NCBI RefSeq assembly: GCF_001194135.2
Contig: NC_069006.1
Span: 1,164,105-1,226,129 of the forward strand
Source of the DNA: Octopus bimaculoides
Taxonomy: Eukaryota
Direction: 5' to 3'
Length of the DNA stretch: 62,025 nucleotides
A program made the translations under genes and the position numbers. Positions 12,284 through 25,231 of the stretch are shown here, in pieces; the stretch's first letter is position 1; the number at the start of each line of letters is the position of its first letter. The notes below the pieces were generated by a model. It was not told the origin of the DNA. It was given only the letters and a program-made list of their open reading frames with translations, and made no database searches.

Positions 12284-12959
12284 TATATATACATGTATAC
12301 ATACATAGACACATACACACACACACATATAATCATCGTTAATTTATGACGTTAATTTATAAACGATTTAATCTAATCTGCTATAATGTTGTACGGTCAG
12401 AGCGCTACTCGGAAATTTGAAGACGGAAGAGGAGAAAGATGAAGCGTGCAATTATCAAATACATAAACAAATAAAATAGGATAAAATAAAATAAAATAAA
12501 ATGATGTTTAAAAACTATACAATAAACTATGGAAAAGAAACAGCAAAACGATACTAAAATGATTTTAAATACAAACCGACAAAAACCTCACATACATACG
12601 ACTTAAGTTTTATGTGCAATATGGCATCGATGCCGTGTGAAATTTTGTTTGGTAAGGATTAGAATAATCGGGAGAAGGGTTTAACTAAATCAATGTTTAA
12701 ATGCATTTATGTGAATCTCCTAAATATAGTTGTGGTAACTAAGACCATTTTCTGTAATCTAAAAAGATAAACTTCGATATATTTATATCTGAAGAATATT
12801 TTTACATGTTATCTGATTTGTCTGATTAAAAGGGGGTCTTTGGCTTACAAACGCATGAGCTGTGTGTATGTGTGTTGGTGTGTATGTATAAGCATCTGTG
12901 TGCGGGTTTATGTGTGGGTTGTAAGTGTATGTGTGAAATTATGAATGCACATTTAATAT

Positions 12960-13007
12960 AACTGAGCTTCGGTGTATACATATATATATATGTGTGTGTG
13001 TGGGGGG

Positions 13008-13050
<43 letters not shown>

Positions 13051-13058
13051 CATATTTG

Positions 13059-13089
<31 letters not shown>

Positions 13090-13280
13090 GTGTGTATGTA
13101 TATATATGTATGTATATATATATATATATATGTGTGTGTATATATATGTATATATGTATGTATATATATGAATATATATATGTATATATATGAATATATG
13201 TTTATATATGAATATATATATGTATGTGTATATATATGTATATATATATGTATATATATGAATATATATATGTATATATN
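12960..13280. repeat. TA/TG compound microsatellite
   Basis: Read directly from the sequence. Confidence 0.95.
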
Positions 13281-13989
13281 NNNNNNNNNNNNNNNNNNNN
13301 NNNNNNNNNNNNNNNNNNNNNNNNNNNNNNNNNNNNNNNNNNNNNNNNNNNNNNNNNNNNNNNNNNNNNNNNNNNNNNNNNNNNNNNNNNNNNNNNNNNN
13401 NNNNNNNNNNNNNNNNNNNNNNNNNNNNNNNNNNNNNNNNNNNNNNNNNNNNNNNNNNNNNNNNNNNNNNNNNNNNNNNNNNNNNNNNNNNNNNNNNNNN
13501 NNNNNNNNNNNNNNNNNNNNNNNNNNNNNNNNNNNNNNNNNNNNNNNNNNNNNNNNNNNNNNNNNNNNNNNNNNNNNNNNNNNNNNNNNNNNNNNNNNNN
13601 NNNNNNNNNNNNNNNNNNNNNNNNNNNNNNNNNNNNNNNNNNNNNNNNNNNNNNNNNNNNNNNNNNNNNNNNNNNNNNNNNNNNNNNNNNNNNNNNNNNN
13701 NNNNNNNNNNNNNNNNNNNNNNNNNNNNNNNNNNNNNNNNNNNNNNNNNNNNNNNNNNNNNNNNNNNNNNNNNNNNNNNNNNNNNNNNNNNNNNNNNNNN
13801 NNNNNNNNNNNNNNNNNNNNNNNNNNNNNNNNNNNNNNNNNNNNNNNNNNNNNNNNNNNNNNNNNNNNNNNNNNNNNNNNNNNNNNNNNNNNNNNNNNNN
13901 NNNNNNNNNNNNNNNNNNNNNNNNNNNNNNNNNNNNNNNNNNNNNNNNNNNNNNNNNNNNNNNNNNNNNNNNNNNNATATATGATAGGC

Positions 13990-14125
13990 TTCATTGAGCT
14001 TTCGTCTACTAAACACACTCCACTAGGCTATAGTAAACGACACTTGCCCCTGTTGTCATGCAGTGGGACTGAATTCGGACCCGTGTGGTTGAGAAGCAAG
14101 CCTCTTACCACACAACCACTCCTTC
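13990..14125 (-). mobile_element. SINE-C 5' head
   Basis: Reverse complement ggagtggttgtgtggtaagaggcttgcttctcaaccacac ... cagtcccactgc. Confidence 0.8.
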
Positions 14126-14134
14126 TTGACCAAA

Positions 14135-14335
14135 TTGGCTTCCCATCATCGGCGATCCTATCCGAATGATATTTTACGACCACTTTGATACCACTCGCCG
14201 CCAACTGTCCGGGTCCACTAGTTGTTTGCGACCCTTGCAGCATCTTCGGCCCAGCGGAACTCGAACTTTCGTTATTCTGCGATTACGTCCTCCATTGCGC
14301 TGCGTTCCTGAATTATATCATTTCGAATAATATTC
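14135..14335 (-). mobile_element. RTE-clade LINE C-terminal fragment
   Basis: RNDIIQERSAMEDVIAE*RKFEFRWAEDAARVANN*WTRTV.EWYQSGRK..G*DRR*WE matches the RTE pattern IR.RS...DVI...K.RWAGH.AR..D.RWT..V.EW.P...R..GRP..RW. Confidence 0.75.
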
Positions 14336-14344
14336 GTTTAGGAA

Positions 14345-14790
14345 TAAAGACCCCCTTCGGTCATGAATGACAATGGGATTGCACCTAGAGAGTTACCTCC
14401 GATGAACAAGTCCGGGAATGGTTGTTTATGGAAGATCAGCAGTCAACCATGCATACCAGTTTCCCTTCTCCACACCATTATGTGTACATAGAGTGAAGAG
14501 TAAAGATCTCCTTCGCACATGAACGTCCATGGGATTGAACCTAGAAAGTTCCCCTCCGAGGCACAATTCCAATTTTCCGAGGAAAACCAGCAGTCACCCA
14601 TGCAAACCAACCTCCTATCTCCACGCCACCTATGTTATCCAAAGGAAAGGCAAAGGGGCCAAAACAGCTTGGCACCAATGATGTCGAAACTTATTTCTAC
14701 AGCTGAGTGAACTGGAGCAACGTGAAATAAAGTGTCTTGCTCAAGAATACAACACACAGCCTGGTCCGGAAATCGAACTTATTACCTGAC
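14345..14790 (-). mobile_element. SINE-A with tandem-duplicated 3' tail module
   Basis: Tail module (catgggattg.acctagaaagtt.cc.tccga ... cagcagtc.cccatgca.acc) at ~14370-14480 and ~14525-14630, then the body to gtgtcttgctcaagaatacaac and head ccgga.atcgaac. Confidence 0.85.
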
Positions 14791-14990
14791 TACCGTTTAC
14801 GCGTTTCGAAGGCAAGGACAATACGCGACTTAGTTGAAACAGTTCTTCCCACAAAGCAAATTAAATAAAATTTGGGATTTTTTCGGAGGGTGAAAGTGTT
14901 AACAAGAACAGGACAGTGAGAATAAGACGGACCAAAACAATAGTGATCAATAACCATTTTTGTATCTTCCATCTTCCGTCTTCTTAATTA

Positions 14991-15044
<54 letters not shown>

Positions 15045-15978
15045 GGCATAGTTTTCCAAACAGGAAAATTAGAACTCAAGGTCATACATATTTTTATTAA
15101 TATGAAGTAGAAGCAACAGAGTAGAGTTTCGTTTGATAACAGCTAACACTCTCGGTACTTGAATCAATCTCCAGCTTATGCTAAATATTAACAAAAATAT
15201 ACATACATACATATGTATGTATGTATACACACAAATAAATATATATATTTTTTTAATGATATATACGTATATATAATGACACCTTATTGCTTTCTATAAG
15301 ATATCGCATAATCCGTGAACTATGTTACTATTCCCCATCGTGGAAACAGTTGTAAGCAAATGATGCATTTACGTAACTCCTCTTCTGTCGTCTTCCATTA
15401 ACTAATATTTTATTCTAACGCTTTATGCCAAAGCAAATGTATTTTGAGATGTAACAATTAATTACTACTATAGCTGTGTAAGCAAATTCGCAATTTATGT
15501 ATATATCTGTGCACATATTTAAAAAATATATATGTGTATGTATGAGTGTATAATATGTCTTTCAAGAGAAGGACCTCAAAATATATACAACTATTAATAA
15601 TAGCTGTATATATTAAAATGCTATTATTCGTAACTTCATCTCCTTCGATTTCTACCAGCAAACACGAATTACTTTACAAGATTCGATGTTTTTAAACTCT
15701 TATGTCAGAACATGTGTTTTTTTTTTGTGTGTATATATGTACCACTATACACATAAACACATATATGTATATTTATGCATACACACACACATACATAGAT
15801 GGAGAGGGAGAGAAAGTGAAAGAGAGAGAGAATGAGGAAAATTCACCTGTTGTAGAAAGTGGTCTTGGAAAGTTGTGATGTGTATATCACATCGTCAGGT
15901 TCAAATGGCCTCCAGACATAGATAACATTAATATCAGATTTTTTCAAGTGTAAACTTTCATACCATAATAAAACGCGC

Positions 15979-16025
<47 letters not shown>

Positions 16026-16657
16026 TACGTAAACATTGAGTGTCTCCTCGCGTTTCGTTTTTAAGCTTTCGATATGAAATTCATCTGATTGGTGACATAA
16101 CCAACGCTGCCTTATTTTGGTAAACCATTATCGATTCTCTAAAATAGACGGAGGAAAAAAATAATGGGAGAGATTCTAAGAATATAAAATTAGAAAGCAA
16201 GAAAACAGTGTAATGTGAAATGTACCAGTAAGTGCATCAGGTGTTTCGGTTAGAGTCGTTCACATGAGGAAATACAGGACCATACATACATACATACATA
16301 CATACATACACACATGCTTATATATTCTTATACTCTGACGCACATTTTTTTTGCATATTTGCACATATATATGTGTGTGTGTGTGTGTGTGTGTATTCAA
16401 AGGCATCTGCATATGTATGTATTTAAGTCTATCTAGGCGAACACACGATGACACGCAAGGACTATATATATATACACGCACAAAACACATTTTGCTGTGT
16501 TTTGAAATATTGCCATTTCAGTTTCCATTTATTCCAACCACAATAATATTCTAGAAGTTTATACATACATACATACATACACACATACATATATACGTAT
16601 ATATGAACTACGTAAACATATGCGCTTACACGTACACNNNNNNNNNNNNNNNNNNNN

Positions 16658-16693
<36 letters not shown>

Positions 16694-17060
16694 CAAATAT
16701 ATATATACATATATATACGTATAAGCGCATATATATATATAAATATATTTATATATTTGTATGTGCATATATATATACATATATATATATGTGTGTGTGT
16801 GTGTGTTTAAATTATTATGTATATACATATATTTGCATGTATGTATATATATTTATGTGTGTGTGTGTGTGTGTGTGTGTATATACATATATATATATAT
16901 ATTGTTAGGGATGGTCATATTTTTATGGCAAATAAACACACGCACTGTTTATTCGTCTTCCCTTGTTTATTGTTGTTCTTATTCTATGTCGATTGTCTGA
17001 AAATCTTTCGTTGCGCTTCCTTTGAACTTTTCAGTAAAAGAAGTAGTCTTGATATCAAAT

Positions 17061-17166
17061 GGCGATCCTTATATCCAACTTAACGTGGATGTTGTTTTAA
17101 AACACAAAATACTGCGATATTTACCTTGAGAGGATTACCTTTTTAGACTCATGATGCTTAAATCCA

Positions 17167-17202
<36 letters not shown>

Positions 17203-17836
17203 AATATATATATCGATGGTCAACTAGAATTTCTTACGTGTAGCGGGACTGCCAAATCACATGATTTCGACGTACCTCATTTCCTCAGTGGCAGGCATCA
17301 AGTAGCCGCATAATAACGAAATCTTACTGACAATTACGTATAAAATATCGCTGTCTTTACAGGGGTTGATGTTGTATCTAGACAGCAGGTTAATTAAAAA
17401 GATAATTATTAATGACAGAAGCAGTATTAGTACTATAAGGCGATCTTTATATCCAACTTAACGTGGATGTTTAGTAGGAACGTTTAATACTGCGCTATTT
17501 ACCTTCATAGAGATTACCTTTCATACGGATGCATGACGCACTCGCATTTATATTGCTGACAGACGAGAACGTCTGAAACGGTTGCCGGAACAGACAGATC
17601 ACGCGATTTCACCCTACATGTGCTCCTCAGTGGTAGGCGTCCGAAGCAGGGCTATACTACGTCAACTGGCATTCAGAGCAGCCTTTGCAGGTTCTCGGTT
17701 GTCAATGACATAACATAATTACACGTTACGTCATTGCCTTTATACATAATTGCCTTTATACATCACGAGTTTATATGAGAGGTCCTTCCGAGGTAAATAA
17801 CGCAGTATTTTCTATTCTAAAACTACATCCACGTTA
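17061..17836. mobile_element. Foldback/MITE-like element: ~75-bp inverted termini plus an internal direct copy of the left end
   Basis: taacgtggatgt...aatactgcg.tatttacct at 17081 and again at 17459 (direct); reverse complement at 17762-17836. Confidence 0.65.
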
Positions 17837-17923
17837 GCTAAACATTACATTTTAATACATTCAGTGTGGTTAAGGGATACTGAAGCGTAAATCGTTGAAC
17901 ATCATAGATTTGAACGTTAATTT

Positions 17924-17969
<46 letters not shown>

Positions 17970-18539
17970 AATATATGCATATATGTATTGTATTGTATAT
18001 GTACATATCTATATCTATCTATCTTTATATGTAGGAATATATGCATATATGTAATGTATATACGTATATATGTATACGTACAGAGAGAGAGAGNNNNNNN
18101 NNNNNNNNNNNNNNNNNNNNNNNNNNNNNNNNNNNNNNNNNNNNNNNNNNNNNNNNNNNNNNNNNTTATAGAGGAGGAAGGAGAGTGGGAGATAGAAAGA
18201 GAGAATGAGATTGAGAAAAAGAGTGAGATCGAGAGAGAGGGAAAGACGAAGAGATTTCTGGAAAAAAAAAATACACCGGTTGGAGAGAAACGTCAATGAT
18301 ATAATAAATGAATAAAAGAAATGAAAAGTAAAAAAGAAATTAAAAAAAACCCCAAAAGAAACAAAAAAAAAAAAAAGCATTGGTTTCATTGATCCATTCT
18401 GAAGAATATCTATTCCGTTGGTGCCATGCCAACTTTGACACTTTAAAATAGAAGAAAACGCCTCTGTCGGTCACATTTTTTTCAAATTGGCTTTTATTAA
18501 ATTATTCTTGCCGTACACAAGGTGTTTTCAATCAGTACC

Positions 18540-18573
<34 letters not shown>

Positions 18574-18766
18574 AATATATATCATGCATACATATATATG
18601 TATGTATGTATGTACATGTGTGTATATACATATGTTTATGCGTATATTTGTGTATATATGTGTGTATATATTTACATATATATAATACACACACACACAT
18701 ACGCCACAAGAGGTAAGAGAGAGAGATTCATAGACATATGTATATAGATGTGTATGCATGTGTGCA

Positions 18767-18803
<37 letters not shown>

Positions 18804-19209
18804 AGATGAGTGACAGTCTGAGGTGTGTGTGTGTGTGTGTGTGTGTTCTCTGTATTTGGTAGGTAGGATTCTTTCGAACAGTCCATGGGATTGGTGAATA
18901 TCCTTTCTGCTGTCATCACCTCTCACTCCACTTTCCATCCTCTCACTCCATCCTCATTCTGTCAGTCCTCAGTTTGTCTGTCTCCCCTCCTCTCTTCCAG
19001 CTATTCCATCTCTCCTTCGCACCCGTTCCTCATCTATGTACTCATAATTCCTCGCTCTCCCATTTTCTTTATCTTCATTTCAACTTCTCTCGTGATCACT
19101 TCCAGCTGTTCCATATATTATTTGCACTCCTACTACACATTATTTCCATAAACTACTAATGAACCCCAGGTGTTCAATTTACTGTTAACCCTCCGCTCCC
19201 TACTAATTC

Positions 19210-19360
19210 TTTCTACTATTGGTACAAGGCCTCAAATTCTTGGATGTGAATGTTAGTCGCTTACATTGACCCCATTGTTGAATTGGTACTTACTTTATCG
19301 ACCCCGAAAGAATGAAAGGCAAAATCGATCTTGGTGGAATTTGAACTCAGAACGTAAAGA
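19210..19360 (-). mobile_element. SINE-D 3' part
   Basis: ggtacttactttatcgaccccgaaagaatgaaaggcaaaatcga ... gaatttgaactcagaacg. Confidence 0.85.
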
Positions 19361-19589
19361 ATTGTAACTCTCTCTCTCCTAATTACTCAACATTTAGGTG
19401 AATCACCCCTAGATATTCTAGGTAATAGGTACGTACTTCCCTCTATTTTAAACGTATTCTTTCTGATCACCCTCTCTCACGCTTCTCTCTGTCTCTGCAT
19501 CTCTCTGTCTCTGCATCTCTCTGTCTCTGCATCTCTCTGTCTCTGCATCTCTCTCTCTCTCTCTCTGCCTGTCTGTCTGTCTATATCTA

Positions 19590-19880
19590 TCAAAACAACG
19601 GTTATATGGGAATGTGCCAAATCTCTCAGCAACCATCCAAGAGCAGAGATTGAGGTTTGCTGGCCATTGCTTGAAAAGCAAAGAACTTGTGAGTAATGTG
19701 TTGCCATGGACACCAAACCATGGTACCACAGCGGCTGAAAGACCACGGAAGACGTAAATGCAACAGCTTGCAGAAGATGCTGGATGCCAAGTTGAAGACC
19801 TAAAAACACTAATGGAAGATCGGGAGGAATGGAAATAGGTAGTCAGGCTGGCCCGAGCAATCAGCTTGACTGGATGATGC
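19590..19880 (+). mobile_element. RTE-clade LINE 3' end
   Basis: LYGNVPNLSATIQEQRLRFAGHCLKSKELVSNVLPWTPNHG...ERPRKT*MQQLAEDAGCQVEDLKTLMEDREEWK*; ends in a tgatg tail. Confidence 0.9.
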
Positions 19881-20679
19881 CACGCTAAAAAAAAAAAAAA
19901 AATATAGAAAAGAATGTCTATCGGTCTGATTATGTGTCTCTGTCTAACTGTCGGTATTTCTGCCTGTCGATCTGTCTGTCTGTCCCTCTCTGAAACCTCC
20001 GACTGTTCTTTCCAGGAGTTGGCACTCATCTCTCCACATAAGATTTCTTCAGTCTCTCTATGACTACGTATCTATCTGTTTATCTACTGTTCCGTCTGTC
20101 TATCTCTTTCTATATATCTCTCTCCCTTTTCTCTCTCTCTCTCTGTTAATCTATCTCTGTCTTTACACTTGCCTGTCTCTCTGCCTGTCTGTCTATTCAC
20201 CTCTTCAAGACTGTCTCTCTCCAAAATATCGTCATTTCCTTTAAAAAAATAAATTCTAAACCTAAACTGCTTTTTCATAAAGACTCTACAGACTCTAAAC
20301 TCTATGGCATATGGTAAGTTCCTTATAAAAGACTCTAACCAATGATATTTGTCAGAAACACAGCGCTGACTTTCTCGAATTCTGAGACATTATTCACAAC
20401 TTTCGTTTCGTTTCTTTCCTTTCCTTCCTTCCTCCTTTCTTTCTTTCCACTGTTTCTTTTTTTTAATTTTTTTTTAGTGTACTTTCCTTTTATAATTCTT
20501 TCTTCGGAGATTATAGAATGGGGAGGAAAATAATGACAAAAAAACCCCAGAAAATAAAATTAAAAAAACTACAGAAATAACTACAAAGAACATGTATAAA
20601 TAGGCACACACACACACACACACACGTCGCATATGTGTGTGAGTGTGTGTGTATTTTTTAAATTTTATTCTTTTTACTT

Positions 20680-20886
20680 ATTTCTGTCAATTGACTGCGG
20701 TCATGCTGGAGCACCGCCTTGAAGGGGTTTTAGTCGAACAAATCGGAGTTATTTAAACAAAAAACGATATTATTAATTCCATAGATCTCATTGGTCGAAC
20801 TGCTATCTTACGAGGACCTAAATGCACCAACACCGGTTATGAAGCGGTGATGGAGGGGAGGAGTAGGACAAACACAGACACACACA

Positions 20887-20923
<37 letters not shown>

Positions 20924-21095
20924 CATACATACATGCACACACTAAAGCTTCTTTCAGTTTCCGTCTACCCAATCCATTCACAAAGTCGATACGAAGCTAT
21001 AGGAGAAGATACTTGCCCAAGGAGCCACGTAGTGGGACCGAAACGGAACCATTATGATGGAAGGCAAGCTTCTTACGACACAGCCACGCCTGCCC
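20680..21095 (-). mobile_element. SINE-C full-length copy
   Basis: Tail gactgcggtcatgctggagcaccgcctt at 20694; head gacacagccacgcctgc at ~21078; internal (TA)/(CA) microsatellite. Confidence 0.85.
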
Positions 21096-21129
<34 letters not shown>

Positions 21130-21299
21130 ATGCGCGCGCCACAGTTTAGTGATTAGGGTGTTGCACTCCCGGTCGCGGAGTTCTACCAATTCCACCAGCT
21201 TGCCACCCAAAGAACAATAATAACGACAACAACAGCAATAGCAGCACCATTTCAAGAAGGCAAACTGTTGCACCGTCAGTCGTGTATCTGACCCCGAAA

Positions 21300-22417
21300 T
21301 CAGGTTGTATTGTTCCCTTTGTGGTGGCCCCATGTGGGCAATAAAGAAACCTCACATCGTCATTGAATTCACCTGGAAACAAGAGTTTTCTTCCCGAAGC
21401 ACCTCTGGCAGCTTTTGTACCTTTCCTTACTGCCACCTAATTCACTCCTTGTTTTCCCATTTAATGTAGTTACATCGCTCCCAGTATCGAGCGTTCGTTC
21501 CGTTTACTTTTGTGTTCTAAGTATATCGTTATCGTTTTCAGATACAGTGTATTCATTTCCTGTTTGCATCATTTTGGGATTCTTTCCTTAGTTTTGTACG
21601 ATAATGAGAACTTTTGTGACTTTGAAAACCGCACCGGAAACATTTTCTGAACAGACATTTATACCGGTCATGTGTTTGACCGCATCTCTTGCACGGATCC
21701 ACTTTGCACTGTCTAATGTCTTCCTTTCACCTTATTGCCTGTATGTTTGCCACATCGCGTTCCTGTATTCTCTCATTGTCATCTTGAAGAGTTATCTGTT
21801 GACAGTCTTCTGATATCTGATGAAGAGTAATATCCTGTTCTGTTCCAGCTCAATCAATATCCCTGTGTAAATTTCCGAATCCTGTTGTGCTGTTAGACCT
21901 TGAACGAATGACAGCCACTTAAATACATCCGTTGTCAGTCGCTTTAATTTAAACTTTTCACACTTACGGTTTATACATATGTTGTGAGGTCATCTCCGTT
22001 TTTCTTCAAATTTAAACAGGACCATCTCATGTTCAACAAATATATTTTTTCACTAAAACGTTTTGATAGTATGCTTATTGTATCCGTAACTCATAATTCT
22101 CCAGGTTTTGTGGGTAGTATATAATTGATATACTTTTCATGTTCCCCTGGTGCTAATTTTCTTAGCAAAAATCTAGTCTTCTAGTCTTCTTTCCAGTTTG
22201 AACATTCGTTCTTGAATATTTACTCAAATCTACTATGATAAGCGACAAACGTGACACCTTCGTCCGGACAATATCTAAATTCATCGATGCAGCTTGCCAA
22301 CGAATCTGTAACATTTTTCGTTTCTTTGAGGAGAACCTGTAAAACCTCGTGTTGCTGTTTTTGCAACTCTATCTCGGCTGTTGTTGTCTGGGTGCAGGCT
22401 ATGTTGTGATATGCCAA
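21300..22417 (-). mobile_element. Ty3/Gypsy LTR retrotransposon gag-protease remnant
   Basis: LASCIDEFRYCPDEGVTFVAYHSRFE; KTRFLLRKLAPGEHEKYINYILP; paired knuckles PCKRCGQTHDRYKC..KCFRCGFQSH; protease LDTGSDVT (Asp codon 21488-21486); GASGRKLLFPGEF. Confidence 0.85.
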
Positions 22418-22477
22418 ACAGCTTTCTAAGCAGAGAAACCAGTGGTGTGTCTATAGCAATGTTAGTGGGTACTAAGG

Positions 22478-22690
22478 CAGCGAGCTCACAGAAATGTTAG
22501 CATGCCATGCGAAATGCTTAGCGGTATTTCGTCTGTCTTTACGTTCTGAGTTCAAATTCTACCGAAGTCGACTTTGCCTTTCATCATTTCAGGGTCGATA
22601 AATTAAGTATCAGTTGCGTACTGGGGTCGATATAATCGACTGGCCCCTTTTCCCAAAATTTCGGGCCTTGTGCCTCGAATAGAAAAGAAT
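22478..22690 (+). mobile_element. SINE-D full copy
   Basis: ggcagcgagctcacagaa ... ggtatttcgtctgtctttacgttctgagttcaaattc ... gggccttgtgcctcgaatagaaaagaat. Confidence 0.9.
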
Positions 22691-23647
22691 CATTTTTGGG
22701 TAGTTTTAGCAGAGTCAATTCTTTCTAGATGGCCCCGGCACCGATTTGAATGTTTTCAGAAATATTANNNNNNNNNNNNNNNNNNNNNNNNNNNNNNNNN
22801 NNNNNNNNNNNNNNNNNNNNNNNNNNNNNNNNNNNNNNNNNNNNNNNNNNNNNNNNNNNNNNNNNNNNNNNNNNNNNNNNNNNNNNNNNNNNNNNNNNNN
22901 NNNNNNNNNNNNNNNNNNNNNNNNNNNNNNNNNNNNNNNNNNNNNNNNNNNNNNNNNNNNNNNNNNNNNNNNNNNNNNNNNNNNNNNNNNNNNNNNNNNN
23001 NNNNNNNNNNNNNNNNNNNNNNNNNNNNNNNNNNNNNNNNNNNNNNNNNNNNNNNNNNNNNNNNNNNNNNNNNNNNNNNNNNNNNNNNNNNNNNNNNNNN
23101 NNNNNNNNNNNNNNNNNNNNNNNNNNNNNNNNNNNNNNNNNNNNNNNNNNNNNNNNNNNNNNNNNNNNNNNNNNNNNNNNNNNNNNNNNNNNNNNNNNNN
23201 NNNNNNNNNNNNNNNNNNNNNNNNNNNNNNNNNNNNNNNNNNNNNNNNNNNNNNNNNNNNNNNNNNNNNNNNNNNNNNNNNNNNNNNNNNNNNNNNNNNN
23301 NNNNNNNNNNNNNNNNNNNNNNNNNNNNNNNNNNNNNNNNNNNNNNNNNNNNNNNNNNNNNNNNNNNNNNNNNNNNNNNNNNNNNNNNNNNNNNNNNNNN
23401 NNNNNNNNNNNNNNNNNNNNNNNNNNNNNNNNNNNNNNNNNNNNNNNNNNNNNNNNNNNNNNNNNNNNNNNNNNNNNNNNNNNNNNNNNNNNNNNNNNNN
23501 NNNNNNNNNNNNNNNNNNNNNNNNNNNNNNNNNNNNNNNNNNNNNNNNNNNNNNNNNNNNATATATATATACATACATGAACGTTTTTACAAACGTGATT
23601 ATTCTCAAATGTGTATAAAATAATTTTCGAGCCATCGGCACACACAC

Positions 23648-23690
<43 letters not shown>

Positions 23691-24441
23691 ATACGTGCTC
23701 GTGTATTCAGTTAAATATCTACAGCATGTATAACTTAATAAGTCAGCACATATAATCACACAGAAACACACACACACAGATGTATATGTATACACTTGCC
23801 TATTAAGACACTCACAGGCGCACACACTGACACACACACACACACAAATGCATATACATAAACAGATATATGAATATATATGTACACACACACAGATTTA
23901 TTTATTTATTTATTTATCTATGCATACATGACAATATATGCATGTATACACACAGACAGGCACACGCACACACAGATATATATGTCACGTTTAATATGGC
24001 TTCTCTGAACACTTTCTCATGGTCTTTCATATTTTGAGATCTAATTTTACGTATAGCTTCTATATTAAGGTTTCCCAAGGTTATTTATGACAAATATTTA
24101 TCAATTTTTACCTCTATGTTTGATTGTGCTTCGTTATTTTTTCTTATTCTTTATTTCATTTTAGCTGCATATTTTATTTATTTTTTCTTTAAAATTGCCT
24201 TATTTAGTTTTCAAGGCGTTATTGATATTAAGTGCATGAATATACATATACTACTGCGCATGCTCGTATGTCCTTCCTAATTTCTCCCCGATGGCATACA
24301 TAAATTTTGTTCCCACGTCACTCATTTCTGTATGGATGAATGTGTCTATATATGTATGTATATGTATATATATGTATGCGTGCACGTATGTAAGTGCATT
24401 AATAAAATGAGCGTGGTAAATCGGTTAGGAAAATCTCTATA

Positions 24442-24484
<43 letters not shown>

Positions 24485-24587
24485 CGAGTATGCAAACATA
24501 CATATATATGTGTGTTTGTGTATAAAGAAGGGGGGATAGAAATTTTACCACATTTCAAGATGGGGAAGAAACAAATTCTTTTTTGGT

Positions 24588-25200
24588 CTTAATTGATATA
24601 ATTAATCAAGAAAATATTTCCTCTCATTATTAATAACATAATTCCTTCTATTTGACAAATTGTTGATCCTTCGGCTATAAAATTCTTCAGGTTTCGAAGC
24701 AAAGAAATGCACTCTACACTCGATATCATTTTTAACATCTTCACAATTAATAAACTCTTTTCCTTCCGAATAATGCTGCAAAGATCTGAAAAGATGATTA
24801 TGAGATGAATCAAGCTCAGGAAGGTAAAGGTGATCAGGTAAAACTTGTATAATTAGTGCTAGAATCCGTTTCTGAGTGACTAGGGTTATACATGTTTTTG
24901 CATTCTCATGTATGGCAGCACTCCTTCACGACTGCTCCACTATGGATGCTTATCCTGTTAGCTCTTACACAATGCTTCAAAGTGATGGCAATTCTTCTCC
25001 GTATTAACTGATCGACTTGGTTTATTCACTCGTGACAGACGACACTCTTCTTCTCACACCAAACGTAGACGACAACGGGTTCTCCTTGCCCATGCGGGCT
25101 AACTATTGTCGTTTTAGCTAGATACTTTTACAGAAAAGCTACTTTTCATCACTTGTGAAAAATTCTACCCCGGTAATGTTCGGTAGCGAGTTTTCTGCTC
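24588..25200 (-). mobile_element. Mariner transposase catalytic-domain remnant
   Basis: TSDEK* (25141-25157); VYVWCEKKSVV; HENA (for HDNA); YLPELDSSHNHLFRSLQ (for YSPDLAPSDYHLFRSL); HFFASKPEEFYSRRINNLSNR..VINNERKYFLD*. Confidence 0.85.
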
Positions 25201-25231
25201 TACATTTACGTTGACCACACATGTGCCTGTA

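Noticed and set aside
15845-15975. Minus-strand ~38-codon open frame (DINVIYVWRPFEPDDVIY) ending at cag|gtgaat
   Set aside because: No credible acceptor upstream and no homology recognised; length is compatible with chance
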